Shown here one piece after another: positions 29,080-42,608 of a DNA stretch of 64,000 nt. The notes beneath the pieces are model-generated. The model made no database searches. It was not told the origin of the DNA and was given only the letters and a program-made list of their open reading frames with translations. This DNA is from the human T2T-CHM13v2.0 reference genome, Homo sapiens, in assembly GCF_009914755.1 (NCBI RefSeq), contig NC_060925.1. One strand, given 5' to 3'. A program made the translations under genes and the position numbers. Position 1 is the stretch's first letter. Each line of letters opens with the position of its first letter.

Positions 29080-29873
29080 TCACCAAATACGTACAAATGA
29101 CCAAAAAAACCCCAAAAAAACAAAAGCACACAAAAAGATACTCAACATCCTTTGTCATTAGGGAAATGCAAATTAAGACAACAATTAGATAACACCACAC
29201 ACCTATTAGAATGACCTAAATCCAGAACACTGACAGCACCAAATTCTGGTGAGGATGTGGCAAAATAGGAACTCCCATTCGCTGCTAGTGGGCATGCAAG
29301 ATTATATGGTCCCTTTGGAAGACAGTTTGGCAGTTTCTTACAAAGCTAAGCTATTTTACCATACAACTCAGAAATCTCACTCCTAAGTAACTGACTTGAA
29401 AATTTATGTCCACACAGAATCCTGTACATGAGTGTTTATAGTAACTTTTTTCACAATTACTAGAAACTGGAAGCAACCAAGACTAAGATATCCTTCAAAA
29501 CAGATGTACAAACTGTCATACAGCCAAACAATGGAATTATTCAACAATAAAAAATAAATAAATATCAATAATACAATGACTAAATGGAATGTAGTATCCT
29601 AGATAGGATCTTGGAAGAGAAAAAGGACGTTAGAGAAAAACCTAAGAAAATCTGTATAAACTATGGACTTCAGTTAATAATAATATATCAGGACTGGCTC
29701 ATCAATTCTAAGAAATTTATCAAACTAATGTAAAATGTTAATAACAAGATGATGGGGTTCAGGACACACTACTCCAAAGTACGGCATCTTGGCATTTGAG
29801 AAAACAGCAGAAACTGGAAGGTCACACTCACCTTCCCTCTGCCCTTCCCCCCGGAGCAAGCCATAAAATCTAG

Positions 29874-31117
29874 TGTCAGTGGGAAAAACTCCAATTGTTT
29901 TTTGCTCTGTTTTCACACCACAACAATTAACATAGAAGACTTTTGTGACCCCAAAATGTGGTGATTTCTCCCCACCAGCAAGCAAGCTATTTTGCAGCAG
30001 ACACCAGTGGGGTGTCCTCCAATTTAGTTTCAAAACTATCTACCTGGAGATAGCAGCAGATGTAGCAGATTGAGGGCTCATTCCCATAAGATTGTCTCCC
30101 ACTTTCAACTCCGATGGCAAGCCCAAGGTTGTTTTGCCTGTGGTTCTCAACTACTGGCTGCAAATCAGGGTTCCCACGACTCCCTCCATGAGTTTAATTA
30201 ATTTGCTAGGCTCACAGAACTCAGGAAACATTTACTCACATTTACTGGTTTATTACAAAGTGTGTTACAAAATGAAGAGATGCATAGGGTGAGGTATGGG
30301 GGAAGGGGCACAGAGCTTCTGTGCCCTCCCTGAGCATGCAACCCTCTAGGAACCTCCACATGTTCAGCTATCTGGAAGCTCTCCATACCCTCTTCCATGG
30401 GCTTTTTATGGAGACTTCATAGCATAGGCTTTACTGAAGTATAAACACCCATGTAGAAATGTGACTGGCTGGGCACGGTGGCTTACACCTATAATCCCAT
30501 ACTTTGGAAGGCCGAGGCAGGTGGATCACCTGAGGTCAGGAGTTCCAGACCAGCCTGGCCAACATGGTGAAACCCTGTGTCTACTAAAAATACAAAAATT
30601 AGCCGGACGTGGTGGCGGGCTCCTGTAATCCCAGCTGCTCGGGAAGCTGAGGCAGGAGAATCGCTTGAACCGGGAGGCAGAGGTTGCAGCGAGCCGAGAT
30701 CATGCTACTGCACTCCATCCTGGGCGACAGAGTGAGACTCTGTCTCAAAAAATAAAAATAAAAAAAAAGAAATGTGATTGGTCAAAAAGGGCATGATCTA
30801 ACAGTAATAGATGGAGTGGGCAAACCCAGCAAGGCCTGTCCGTTCTGACTCCTCTTGGCTTCTCTGTGCAGTCTTCCTTCCTCCAGAGCATGCGGCAAGA
30901 TCCCTTTTGAAACTGGGGTCTTATCGCCTGCAATTAGACAAGGTAGGTCTGAGAATTTCTTTATGGCCAACTGTAAGACAGAGAGGTGGGGGAAGATTAG
31001 AGTGCATTTTTAGTTTCTATGACCTGCCTTGGGGAGAAATTACAAGGACCATGGGAGTTCTGAGTCAGAAATCATGGATAAAAACCAACATAAATATGTA
31101 TTTAAAATAATGTCACA
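29874..31117 (-). mobile_element. MER21-type solo LTR containing an Alu
   Basis: TG...CA ends; flanks tctag/cctag; homologous in reverse to 8858-9640. Confidence 0.75.
30467..30767 (+). mobile_element. AluSx-like
   Basis: Alu dimer; TSD agaaatgtga(c/t)t. Confidence 0.95.
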
Positions 31118-31973
31118 CCTAGGAAGGATTTTCTGACCTTCCCATGAAGCAGATCATAAGACCCTCATTAAAGAGGTGCCCTCCCTGTACTGGAGAAAAG
31201 GAATATCCCTATCTGTCAAGACACAGGGACTTGGAGAAGAATCTGAGCAAACAGGCCTTGCTAAGTTCCCCCAGTTTATGACCACTAGATCATACTTTTT
31301 CATCCAATCATACTTCTCCACAACTATCCACTTCTTCATCAAACCTAGCATTAAATATACACAGGTTTACCCATTTCTTGGGCTCTTTATTTTCTTGTAA
31401 AGGCTCACTATCATGTAAAACGTACACTAAATATCTGTCTGTCTTTTGTTATAGGGGCCTCAACCATGAACCTAGCAATGCCTAAGGAAAATATATTTTC
31501 CCTCCCTTACAAGGAGAGGCTGTGGAGAAGGGGTGGTACATGGAAACTCTGTACGGTCTGCTCAATTTCTTTGTAAATTTAAAAGTGTTTTAAGAAATAA
31601 AGTCTTTTTGCTTAAAAAAAAGAATAAAGTTCTCTTGGTGAGTTTAAGAAAAGAATGAGAAACATTTTAACTGAATTTTTAAAATTCATTGCTTTCTAAT
31701 TCCCTTCAGTTATTTATTAATTTATAAAATTATTTAATTTATTAATTTATTTCATTTATTCATAAATAAAGTTAACTTACTTCATTGATGTCTGATTCTC
31801 TCTGATACCCTTTCCCCCTAGAGATCAGAAGCTTTTATTGAGTCTCCTTACTCCCCATAACACAATAGGTTCAAAAAGAAACTGTTTTCCCTTTTTCCTT
31901 CTCTTTTTTCATTTTCTTAAACAAGATATAGTTGGAAAAATTGATTGTGCGATTAGGGTCTCATCTGGAGATG

Positions 31974-32450
31974 TCATGTTAGAGAAGGATTCTTATTGAA
32001 TCCAGCGTGACAAGCCACTTTAGGTAACACAAGTTGACTTTGTTTAGGGTGCCAATCAATGCCTAGAAAGCTCTCCCAGGAAAACGGGCTGGTACCTGGT
32101 TTACGGATGTGAGATGGGCCAACACCCTCAGCAAACTTGACAGGACTGCAGGGGAAAGCTGGAGAAAGAGTTTTCAAAGCTTAGTTTCCTAGCCTCAGGA
32201 TGGCAAGTAACAGAAGATTTTTAAAAATCTGAGATCACTTAAGAAAACTTTAAGGCAAACATTAATTTGTGGCCTCAGTAGTTATTCAATAATATAAAGT
32301 TCTAAATATGCAAAAGCAAACTCAAGAAAGCATCTGTGGTTAAGTACTTTGCTACCCCATGGTAATAATTAGGCCAAAGCTAAGGAGACCAGTCTTTTTT
32401 GTGTGTGATCAAAAATATACTTTTTTTGAGATTATTATGATTACAGGTTG
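31974..32450 (+). mobile_element. Probable ERV1 (MER4-group) internal non-coding fragment
   Basis: ttttaaaaatctgagat...caaaagcaaactcaag...taattaggccaaag...gagaccag resembles recalled MER4-group internal sequence. Confidence 0.4.
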
Positions 32451-32593
32451 AGGAGAGGAGAGAAATACACAACCAGGAAAAACTGTGAATGACTTTGAGA
32501 TGTAGGAAAAATTAGTGCCCTATCCAGTATACCCTTCTCTGACTTTCATCATCATAAGCTAGTTCACATACTATAAGCAGTTTAGCGGATCCA

Positions 32594-32712
32594 TTTTTTT
32601 TAGATGGGATCTTACTGTGTTGCCCAGGCTGGACTTGTACTCCTGGGCTCAAGCAATCTTCCCTTCTTAGCCTCCTGAGTAGCTGGGACTACAGGCATGT
32701 ACCATCTGGCCT
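32594..32712 (-). mobile_element. FLAM / Alu monomer
   Basis: Single Alu arm in reverse. Confidence 0.85.
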
Positions 32713-33099
32713 AGTTATCAATACAAATGACTCTTGACCACAGACATGAAAATTAATTTTGTCCAATGGAAGTACAATTAATTTATTTTCCTCACCACGA
32801 AAGAAGCCAGGTTTGCGTCTGTTGAGCAAATTCATATTAACATTGTTGATTGCCTCTGCATGTGTCTGCTCTTGAGGTTTTCCTTTTAATTGATTGTAAC
32901 TTGCTTCTGTTTCTCAGATTAAATAGTGAGCAAAATAAACTCTTTTTTCATTTTTTCATTTTATATTGGTATGAGAGTCATGATTTTACCCTTTAAAACA
33001 ATGTGGCCTTTTATAATGTTATTAAATAGTATAATCTACTAAATGATTGATTTAATATAATCAAAATCTAAGATTGATTCATGAAAGTCTTTATATGCT

Positions 33100-34200
<1,101 letters not shown>

Positions 34201-34514
34201 GCCTCCCTGAGGATACACTTTGCAATGGATCTGGTGTGCATGGTCCTGAGATATTTTCCAGCAGAGGCCAACCACTTAGGAAAGGGACACAGATGACGCA
34301 CAATGGAATTGATTTTCCAGGGCTGAGGTTTACTCAGGCAAGGGCAGAATAAAACGTTCATGGCCAGAACAAACTGGAATTTAGAAAGAGGCTGGAAGAG
34401 AAAGGTAAACTGTGTCAGCTGCAGGTGTTCTGGAATGATTTGTGGTATCTGTCCTCTATGACAAAGATTTCAGGGTGGACGAGTCCCCCTCAGAATGTAG
34501 GTTATTTTGTTAAA

Positions 34515-34625
34515 CAGTAGAAAGGGCACTCATTAGAGAGTCAGGAGGTCATGGGTCATCTTCTGATCTGTGTGGCCTTAGGAAAATCACTTAACCTCTC
34601 TGATCTCAGTTGCCTCATCTGTCTA
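34515..34625 (+). mobile_element. MIR
   Basis: tcacttaacctctctgatctcagttgcctcatctgt core. Confidence 0.7.
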
Positions 34626-35064
34626 ATGAGAGCACTCAGTCAGATCATTCCCAGGGTTTCCTCTAGCAAGTACCATAGTGTTTGTGTCCAGTGGAGTATT
34701 TAGGGATGAGCTGTCAATATCTGAGGTCCTCTCTACCATCTTTCTTATTGGAAAACTACCATACTTCCTCAACAGTCCTTGGTCTTTCCAGCAAGTTCTA
34801 TCTTCCAGGCATCCATCCATCCATCCAGTTTTATCTCTGGCCACCCATCCGGTTTTATAAACAAGTTGTGAATCCCGTAGGCTCCATCTACACTTCCAAG
34901 ACCAGATTGTCCTAGTGGGTGGCAGTGGGGCCAATGGTCAGAGCAGAGTTTCCCACCAGGATCAGCCAATTAAATGACCTCCTGCAGTGCAATCAACTTT
35001 GTTTTCAATGAGCAAACATATTAATGCCTATCAGTCTCATCTGCTATGTCTTTCCCTTGTAATT

Positions 35065-35563
35065 TTTTTAACTTAAAAAATTGTGGTAAAACATACATAA
35101 CATAAAATTGACCATATTAAATATTTTAGTTATACAGATCAGTGACATTAAGTACATTCAGATTGTTGTGCAACCATCACCACCATCTATCTTCAGACCT
35201 TTTTAATTATCCTGAACTGAAACTCTACTAATTAAACAATAACTCCCAATCCCCCACTCCCATATCCCCTGGCAACCACTATTTTACTTTCCATCTCTAT
35301 GAATTTGAGGCTACTTGTCTACTCCATGAATTTGAATTCTACTTGTCTCAGATAAATAGAACTACACAATATCTGTCCTTTTGTGTCTGAGTTATTTCAT
35401 TTAGCATAACATCCTCAATAAATCTATATTGTAACATGTGCCAAAATTTCCTTTTTTTAAGCTGAATAATATTTAATAATTTGGAAAAACTACAGTTTAT
35501 TCATTCATCTGTAGATAGACACTCGGATTGGTTGTATCTTTTGGGTATTAGGAGTAATGCTGC
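35065..35563 (-). mobile_element. L1MB-like 3' end
   Basis: ttgtggtaaaacatacataacataaaattgaccat...cccctggcaaccact. Confidence 0.8.
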
Positions 35564-35961
35564 TGATACGGTTTGGCACTGTGTCCCTATTCAAATCTCA
35601 TGTCAAGTTGTAATCCCCATGTGTTGGAAGCGGGGCCTAGTGGGAGGTGATTTGATCATGGGGGTGGTTTCTAATGGTTCAGCGCCAGCCCCTCGTGCTG
35701 TCTCTTGATAGAGTTCTTACGAGATCTGGTTGTTTAGAAGGTTGCGGCACCTCCCTCCCCTCCGTTCTCTCTCTCCTGCTCCACCACGGTAAGATGTGCT
35801 TGTTTCCCCTTCGCCTTCCGCCATGATTGCAAGTTTCCTGAGGCCTCCCAGTCATGCTTCTTGTTAAGCCTGTGGAACTGTAAGTCAATTAAACCTCCTT
35901 TCTTCATAAATTACCCAGTCTCAGGTAGATCTTTATAGCAGTGTGAAAAGGGACTAATACA
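35564..35961 (+). mobile_element. MaLR solo LTR (MSTA-like)
   Basis: tgatacggtttgg...ggactaataca; perfect 5-bp TSD GCTGC. Confidence 0.9.
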
Positions 35962-37439
35962 GCTGCTGTGACCCTTAAACATTTTTAAATGTATACATGT
36001 GAGATAAAAAGGAGAGGAATGTAGAATCGTGGGATTTGGATATCAGAGAGACAAGAACTGCTTGCATCTGTGAGTCAGTAGAAAGGGGGTGTCCAGGTCA
36101 GACTACATCAATGATTTGGCTGGAAGAGAGCTTGCTCCCTAGCTGCTTGGCTTAAGGAGAGTTTTTTACCTCACCTTGGTCTTTCAGGGTTGTGGGAGAG
36201 TGAGCTGCAAGTCTGCGTAGCTGGCAGTGATTCTGAACATGCAAGAATGGATTTCCCTCTGCATTCAAGGAGGCTATGCAGAAATAGGGACCTCTCAATC
36301 CTTATGCTTTGAGGGACCATATCTTCTTCCCTCCTCTAGAAACTCTATGTCCACATAGGCAGCATTGTGTACTGTGGGGGCTTAGAAAAATCTGTCAACT
36401 GATTGACTGAGTGACTGATGTGTTCACTGATTGACCAGAATTGATACCCCTGGGGTCCCAAAGCACAGAGGTGCAAGGCAAGTTTTGTACTGGAGGAGCC
36501 CTTAGCTGATAGCCAGGAGAAGAAAAAGAAGGATCTGAGAGACAATTCAGCACTCAGGTGATGCCTCCTCTAATTATTGATGTTTTCTATTTGCTATGTA
36601 CATTCATTGCAATTGACTTCTGAGAAGGAGATGTCATACATATTTGGGTTCTTCGTGTCCAAAGATGATCATGAAATGCCTTCCATAGAAGTGAGGTTGA
36701 GGCATCATGTGATGAGGAGTGAGGGTCTCTTCTGTGGGGGAGTAAGAAGGTGCCAGCATGCACAGGACGACTGCTAGGCTGAGGCGCTGGCTTGGCTCAC
36801 AGTGTGGGCTTTTTCTTTGAGTGCAGTTTTTTTGGGGGTGTGGGTAAGCTCCTCTTGAGGAGAAACTGAGAGCATGAGCTCACACACCAAATATGGAGCT
36901 GGGCTTTGTTTGAGAGGTCAGCATGGCTCTGTCTCAGAACAGTTGTGGCAGGATGGGCTGGGATAGTTGTGGGAGGTGTGGTGCTGGATGGACTTGGGGT
37001 GTTCCCTGGCCTGACCCTGTAGGTGACTGCTTAATTGCAGAGTGTATGCTCTCTCCTCCTGGCAGGCAGGGGTGTAGTCTGGACTGGTGTGATCAGAAAA
37101 GTTACGGAGATCAGGAGGCAGAGATTATGGTGCTGTGGGGCCTGTTAGCAGAAACAGACTCCAAGGCTAGTTGATGAATATCATGAATTTATGCATTAAT
37201 AAGGCCAGTACCAGCACCAACTAGGTTGAAAGTCGTTTGGACTAAGACACTTACAGACCCCATTTCCCTCCAATTGTCAAGTGGTAAGACAGTATCAGGA
37301 AACATGGGAGGAGGAGACTTTAAGTCCTGTTTGTTCAGGGATTTCATCTTATCATGAGCTTTGAGCATCTTATGATCCATTAGACCCTCCCATGAACACC
37401 AAAATTATTCCAGGCAGATTCAGACTTTTCTTGACATCT

Positions 37440-38320
37440 AGGAGCCAGCCATATTGAATGGATCTGCCACATGTTCTACATCAGTGGTGAGATGGTCATG
37501 ATTCTAGCCACCGTTTACCATCCAGCCATGTCTCTCTCCAACATCAGCCTAGTGCAAGCTTCAGTGAGCTCTCGCCTGTGCTATGGCAGTGTCCTCTCAA
37601 CGAGATTCACCATCTACTGTGGGTTCCTCCAGTTGGCCCCAGATTGATGCCTGAACAATTTTCTAAAAGTCCATATCTGATTGTGTCTCTCCGCTCTTAA
37701 AGCCCTTCACCCATTTTCCATTGCAGGGGAAATAAAAACAATTCCTTGGCATGGTTGATGAGGCCTTGAGCATTATTACCTCACCTCCCTTTCTAGCCTC
37801 CTGCCTGACTGGGGCCTCTCATTCTCTGAGCCCCAGCTCACTGGCCTTCTTTCAGGCTCTTGTATTTACCAAGCACTTATCTGGCACAGGGATTTTGCAT
37901 ATGCTATTCTTTCTATCTAAATAATCCTCCTCCTCTGTTCACCTAGTTAATCCCTACTCATCTTAGTTCAGCAGTCACTTCCTTGGGAAGCTTTTTCTGA
38001 TCTCTCTGACCAGTTCACATCATTCCATTAACAGACTCTCCTAGAACCAGGAGCACTTGTACTTGATACAGTTGCAATCTTATATTTATTTAATTTTTTT
38101 TATTAGTGATTGTCTCCCTTCCAAGATATTAGCTCTATAAGGGCAGAAATAATATTGCTTTTGCTCATCATTCAATCTCAGTGCCTGTCATTCACACTAC
38201 AAATATTTATTGAGCATCTACAATACACTAGGCACTGTTTCAGTGCTCAAGATATTGGGATAAACAAGTTAGACAAGATCCCTTTCCACATGGAGTTGTG
38301 CTTTTTGGCACATATTAGTA
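37440..38320. mobile_element. L2 fragments (both orientations)
   Basis: tttgcatatgctattc, caaatatttattgagcatctac L2 motifs. Confidence 0.6.
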
Positions 38321-39289
38321 GTCTACTAATATCACTTTGATAAAATTATTCAGTGTTTATTATGTGTTAGGTACTTGCTAACCACTTTTAATGGATTATC
38401 TCACTTCATCATCTCAAAAACTTGTTTTTACCTTTTCTATTTTCTGTTTGGGATCTTTGCAACAGTAGCTTGAGTTTCTCCAACTCCTTGTTTCCCAGTA
38501 TGTTGTCATCAGTGACCTGCTAGGACCCTTCCTTGGTTAATTGATTTCCTTTTATCCCTGATTTCCCACTCCTATAACACACCCTTCCTCCCCTACAATG
38601 ATTCCAATGTATACTTTCATGTGAATGTGTTCTTGAAAAATAGGGTTTGTTGTTTTGTTGCATTTTTTCGATGTTAGGTGAATTTTTAATGTACACAAAT
38701 GCTTTTGTGTTATGTATTTCTTACTTTCCACCCAATTGCACTTCTCATGATCCAATCATGTTGCTCTATATGCATGGAATTCACTATTTCTAATTGTTGA
38801 TGGTACTCTATGAAATGCATTGAACACATTTTACCTTTCCAGTTTCTTGGAGATGAGCAACCAGGCTTCCTCATTACAAATGTGTAATTTGTGCAAGAAA
38901 CATGCTTGCCCACATTTTCTTCTTACTTACAAAGAGACAAAATTATATACCTAATGAGTGGCAGAACAAAAAGTTTTATGCGGCTATAATTTATCACTGT
39001 AAAATGCTGCCTAGAATTGACATGAATACCAAAAATCATGTAAATATTACATATTAATTAGATAAATGTAAAGATAAAGCATTCTAAAACATGAAATGGG
39101 ACAAACTAGACCCACACAGGCCTTGATCACAATGTAGAGATATGATTACTAACTCAGCCTAGAAGGACAGAGAGAAGGTGGCATTTGGAAGGAAGAGCAG
39201 CAGGCAGGTAAACAGACAAGAAGAAAAGCAGTCCATGTGTCTGGAACTACATGTGCAAAAGTACACAGGTGAAGTAACAAGTGATAATA

Positions 39290-40975
39290 TTTGATTAGAA
39301 ATAAAACATTATTTACAATAGCACTTGAATAGTCAAACAAGTGTTTTTGATTTTTAATCAAATCTAGGAGTAAATCTAATGAAAGATGTGTAATAATTTT
39401 ATGCTGAAAACTACAAACATTATTGAGAGGAGTTAATGAAGGCACAAATAAGTGTAGAGATATACTATGTTTATGAATTAGAAGGCTCAATATTTTAAAA
39501 TGTTTATTCATTCTAAATTGATCTACAGTTTCAACTATCAATTCCAGCACCTTTTTTGTTGAAACAGAAAATTTAATTCTGAAATTTTAATGAAGATTCA
39601 GAGGCTCTAGAAATGCCAAAACTATCTCGACAAAGAAAAGTGTCAAAGAACTTACACTGCACGATTTCAAGGTTTCCTCTAAAGCACAGTAACCAAGACA
39701 GCATGGCATTGTTTAAGGATAAACACCCAGGTCAATGACAGAGTCTAGAAATAGAGTCTAGCAAACCGAGTCTAGAAATAGACCTATACTTTTATAGTCA
39801 ACTGGTTTTTCACAAGGGCACCAAAGAAATTCAATGGTGAAAGGAAACTGGAACTACCTCAACCCCTGTCTTTAGCACCACACACACACACACACAGACA
39901 CACACAGACACACACAGACACACACACACACACAATTTGGCTGACCCAAAGCCTGTATGAAAAAGCCAGAACTAAAAAGCTTCTAGAATAATATATGAGA
40001 GATTCTTTGCAAATTTGAGTTAATCAGAGATGCATGAGACAAGACACAGAAAGGACTAACCATAAAAGAAAAATAACTGGTAAATTGGACTTCACTACAA
40101 TTAAAACTTCTGCCTATTCAAATATGCCATTAAGAAAATGAATAGACAAACCACAAACAGGGAAAACTATTTGTAAAGCACATACCTGAAAAAAATGTTT
40201 ATATTCAGGATATGTTATTAATAAAATAATAAATTCAATTTTAAAATGAACAAAAGACTTAAGTAGGTACTTCACAAAAGAACATGTACAAATGAACAAC
40301 AAACACGTGACAATATGCTCACATTATTAGTCATCAGGAAAATGCAAATTAAAGCCTCAATGAGATTCTACTATTCACACACTAGAATGGCTAAAATAAA
40401 AGAAAAAAACAGACAATACTAAATTTTAGTAATGATGTGGAACAACTGGAATTCTCATAGATGATGATGAAAAAGTCAAAAGGCATAACCACTTTGGAGA
40501 ACTGTGTGATGGTTTCTAGTAAATTTAACCATACAACTACCTTGTGACCTAGCAATTCCACTCCTAGATATTTGCCCAAAATATATAAAAACAAGTGTCC
40601 ACAAAAAGGCTAGCACAAAAATATTCGTAAGAGCCTTATCCCAAACTGGAAACAGATAATCCCAAACTGGAAACAGACCAAATGTTCATCAACAGAAGAA
40701 TAGATTTTTACAATGTGGCATAGTCACACAATGAAATAAGCAAAATAATACATTCAGTTTGATCCCATTTATGAAGTTTATAAACAGACAAAACTAATCT
40801 GTGGCAATTGATGTCAGAAAATGGTTGCCTTGGGGTTGAAGGGTGGTAGACTGACTGAAAAGGTGCATGAGAGAACTTTCTAGAGTGGTAGAAATGTTCC
40901 GTGTTTTTGCCTTGCATACACAATTGTCAAAATTCTTTGAACTGATCACTTAAGATATTTTTATGTTTTTGTATG
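39290..40975 (+). mobile_element. Old L1M ORF2 end and 3' UTR
   Basis: Degenerate ORF2 (gaaaactacaaacattattgag; tcatcaggaaaatgcaaattaaa; cctagcaattccactcctag). Confidence 0.8.
39878..39934. repeat. (CA)n/(CACACACAGA)n microsatellite
   Basis: Direct reading. Confidence 0.9.
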
Positions 40976-40986
40976 CTAATCACATT

Positions 40987-41172
40987 GAAAGGAAGAAAGG
41001 GAGGAAGGAAAGGAAAGGAAGGAAGGAAAAAGGGAGGGAGGGAGGAAAGAAGGAGGAAAGGAAAGAAGGGAAAAAGGAGAGAGGGAGGGAGGAAGAAAGG
41101 AAAGAAGGAAGGAAGGAAGGAAGAAAAAGAAAAGGAAGGAAGAGAAGAGAAAGAATGAAAGAAGGCAGGCAG
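40987..41172. repeat. Purine-rich (GGAA/GAAA)n tract
   Basis: Direct reading. Confidence 0.95.
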
Positions 41173-41677
41173 GCATATGGTCTGGTCAGAGAATTTTGAG
41201 GAAATGCTTATGCCTAGAACATGGGTGCTATGTGGGAAAGGGGCAGGAAAGGAGGGTAGCCCCTGCTTATGCAGACCAAGCTGACTATGACTCTTTTTTT
41301 CTGTAGGCAGAAAGAGACCTGAGTAATTCTATGAAGGTGAATTGCATTCATGCCTTGGAAAGGCTATGTTGATGATAGATGAGATTTGGGGAGTTGGACA
41401 TCTGCTGTGACCAGGGGGCTGTTACAGAAGGGAATTTGGAGATTCCAGTTGGTTACAGTGGCACATGCAATGTTATTTTTAACCTCCCTAACAGGAGGGA
41501 CTGGCATTTCTCTGGTTGCTAGGGAAATTGTGTTCCGAGCGGTTACATATTGGTTCCTAATTTTAAAAGCCTTAGGGAAAACTAGAAAACTTTATGAGCC
41601 AGTACCAGTATGTTGTGCTAGGACTGTGCACCTGCTAAAACGTGGCTATTTTTCTCTTGATGTACTCTTGGATAACT

Positions 41678-41691
41678 GTCACCATAGCAAC
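41678..41691. promoter_or_regulatory. RFX X-box motif GTCACCATAGCAAC
   Basis: Matches the GTNRCC-N-RGYAAC consensus; function not shown. Confidence 0.45.
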
Positions 41692-42080
41692 AACAACGCA
41701 GAACCCTGCTGGTTCATAGTGGAGGATTCCTGTTGGTTTAGTGATGGAGGCCAGTCTAGAAGCCCTTTCAGGATTGCAGCAAGATGTTGGATTAGGTGGG
41801 ATACACTGGTAGCCACTGGATGCGCAAGGCACAGGGTGGGGAATGTGTGGGCAGAGGGTAATCCGCAGGAGAAACCTAGTTTCCACTAGGCATCATTACT
41901 ATTGGGCAAATTCCCACATTCCCTCAGCATTAGGCTAAAGTTTAATGTGATATCCTATGGGTGGCACGAAGAGAAGAATCTCGAATTGCCCTCTGACTTT
42001 GGAGTCAGACCTTGGTCCAGTTAGCAGAGCACCAAGGTGTAGCCTGGGGGCTCTGGCTTCCCCATCATCTCCATCAGCAC

Positions 42081-42608
42081 TGTTATCCAGCAAAAGGGAC
42101 TCACTGCCCAATGTGCTGGAAACCAGTACTATGACACCAGGGTTTTAAAAAAAGAAAAGCTTCATGTCAAAAGTCAACTCACAAGGAGACAAGAGTCAAG
42201 CTCAAATCTGTTTCCCCAGGCTGGCTTCAAGGCAGTATTTTACTAGAAAACGTTCAGAGGGTGGATTCTGGGATCAGAAGGTGATTGGTGGACGGAAAGG
42301 GGAGGGCTGAAAAGTCTTGGGCATGCGCAGTTATGTCTCCATGCTACCTCATGGGTCCCATGTGCAAATTCAAAGGGAGTTAGAATGAAACCTGCAGTGG
42401 AAATTCAGGCTCTGACGTCAGCAACCTCGTTTTGCAAAAGCTCCAGTTGGCCACCTTGGTTCCAACTGATTTCAGCCGGCTTTTCTTGATCTCACAAGCA
42501 GAGAGAGTTTCAGTGTTTCAGCGAGTTGGTTTTTTTCTTATCTGCTACTCTGCAAACACAAGAATTTCTGTTAGCTACTAGTTTCTTACTCTTTGGAGCG
42601 CCGTTTCA
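42081..42608 (-). mobile_element. ERV1-class solo LTR (family not assigned)
   Basis: TGTT...TTCA termini; LTR-type promoter motifs; resembles MER4-group LTRs. Confidence 0.65.

Larger units (their letters stand above)
29750..31511 (+). mobile_element. ERV1 solo LTR (MER39-like) split by MER21
   Basis: tgatggggttcaggacacactactccaaag ... ttcctcccttaCA; halves 29750-29873 and 31118-31511. Confidence 0.7.

Noticed and set aside
34909-34927. CTCF-like motif ctagtgggtggcagtg
   Set aside because: Two mismatches at informative positions; not supportable without a PWM or ChIP data.
40963-41199. Charged KERG-rich ORFs
   Set aside because: Translation of the GGAA/GAAA low-complexity tract.
41290-41342. 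30-nt exon-like segment (tttttctgtAG...AAG/gtgaat)
   Set aside because: Context resembles L2-derived sequence and the donor is weak.
41386-41889. 167-aa ORF in repeat-poor DNA
   Set aside because: Non-ATG (TTG) start and no recognisable domain; length compatible with chance. BLASTP/PhyloCSF would settle it.
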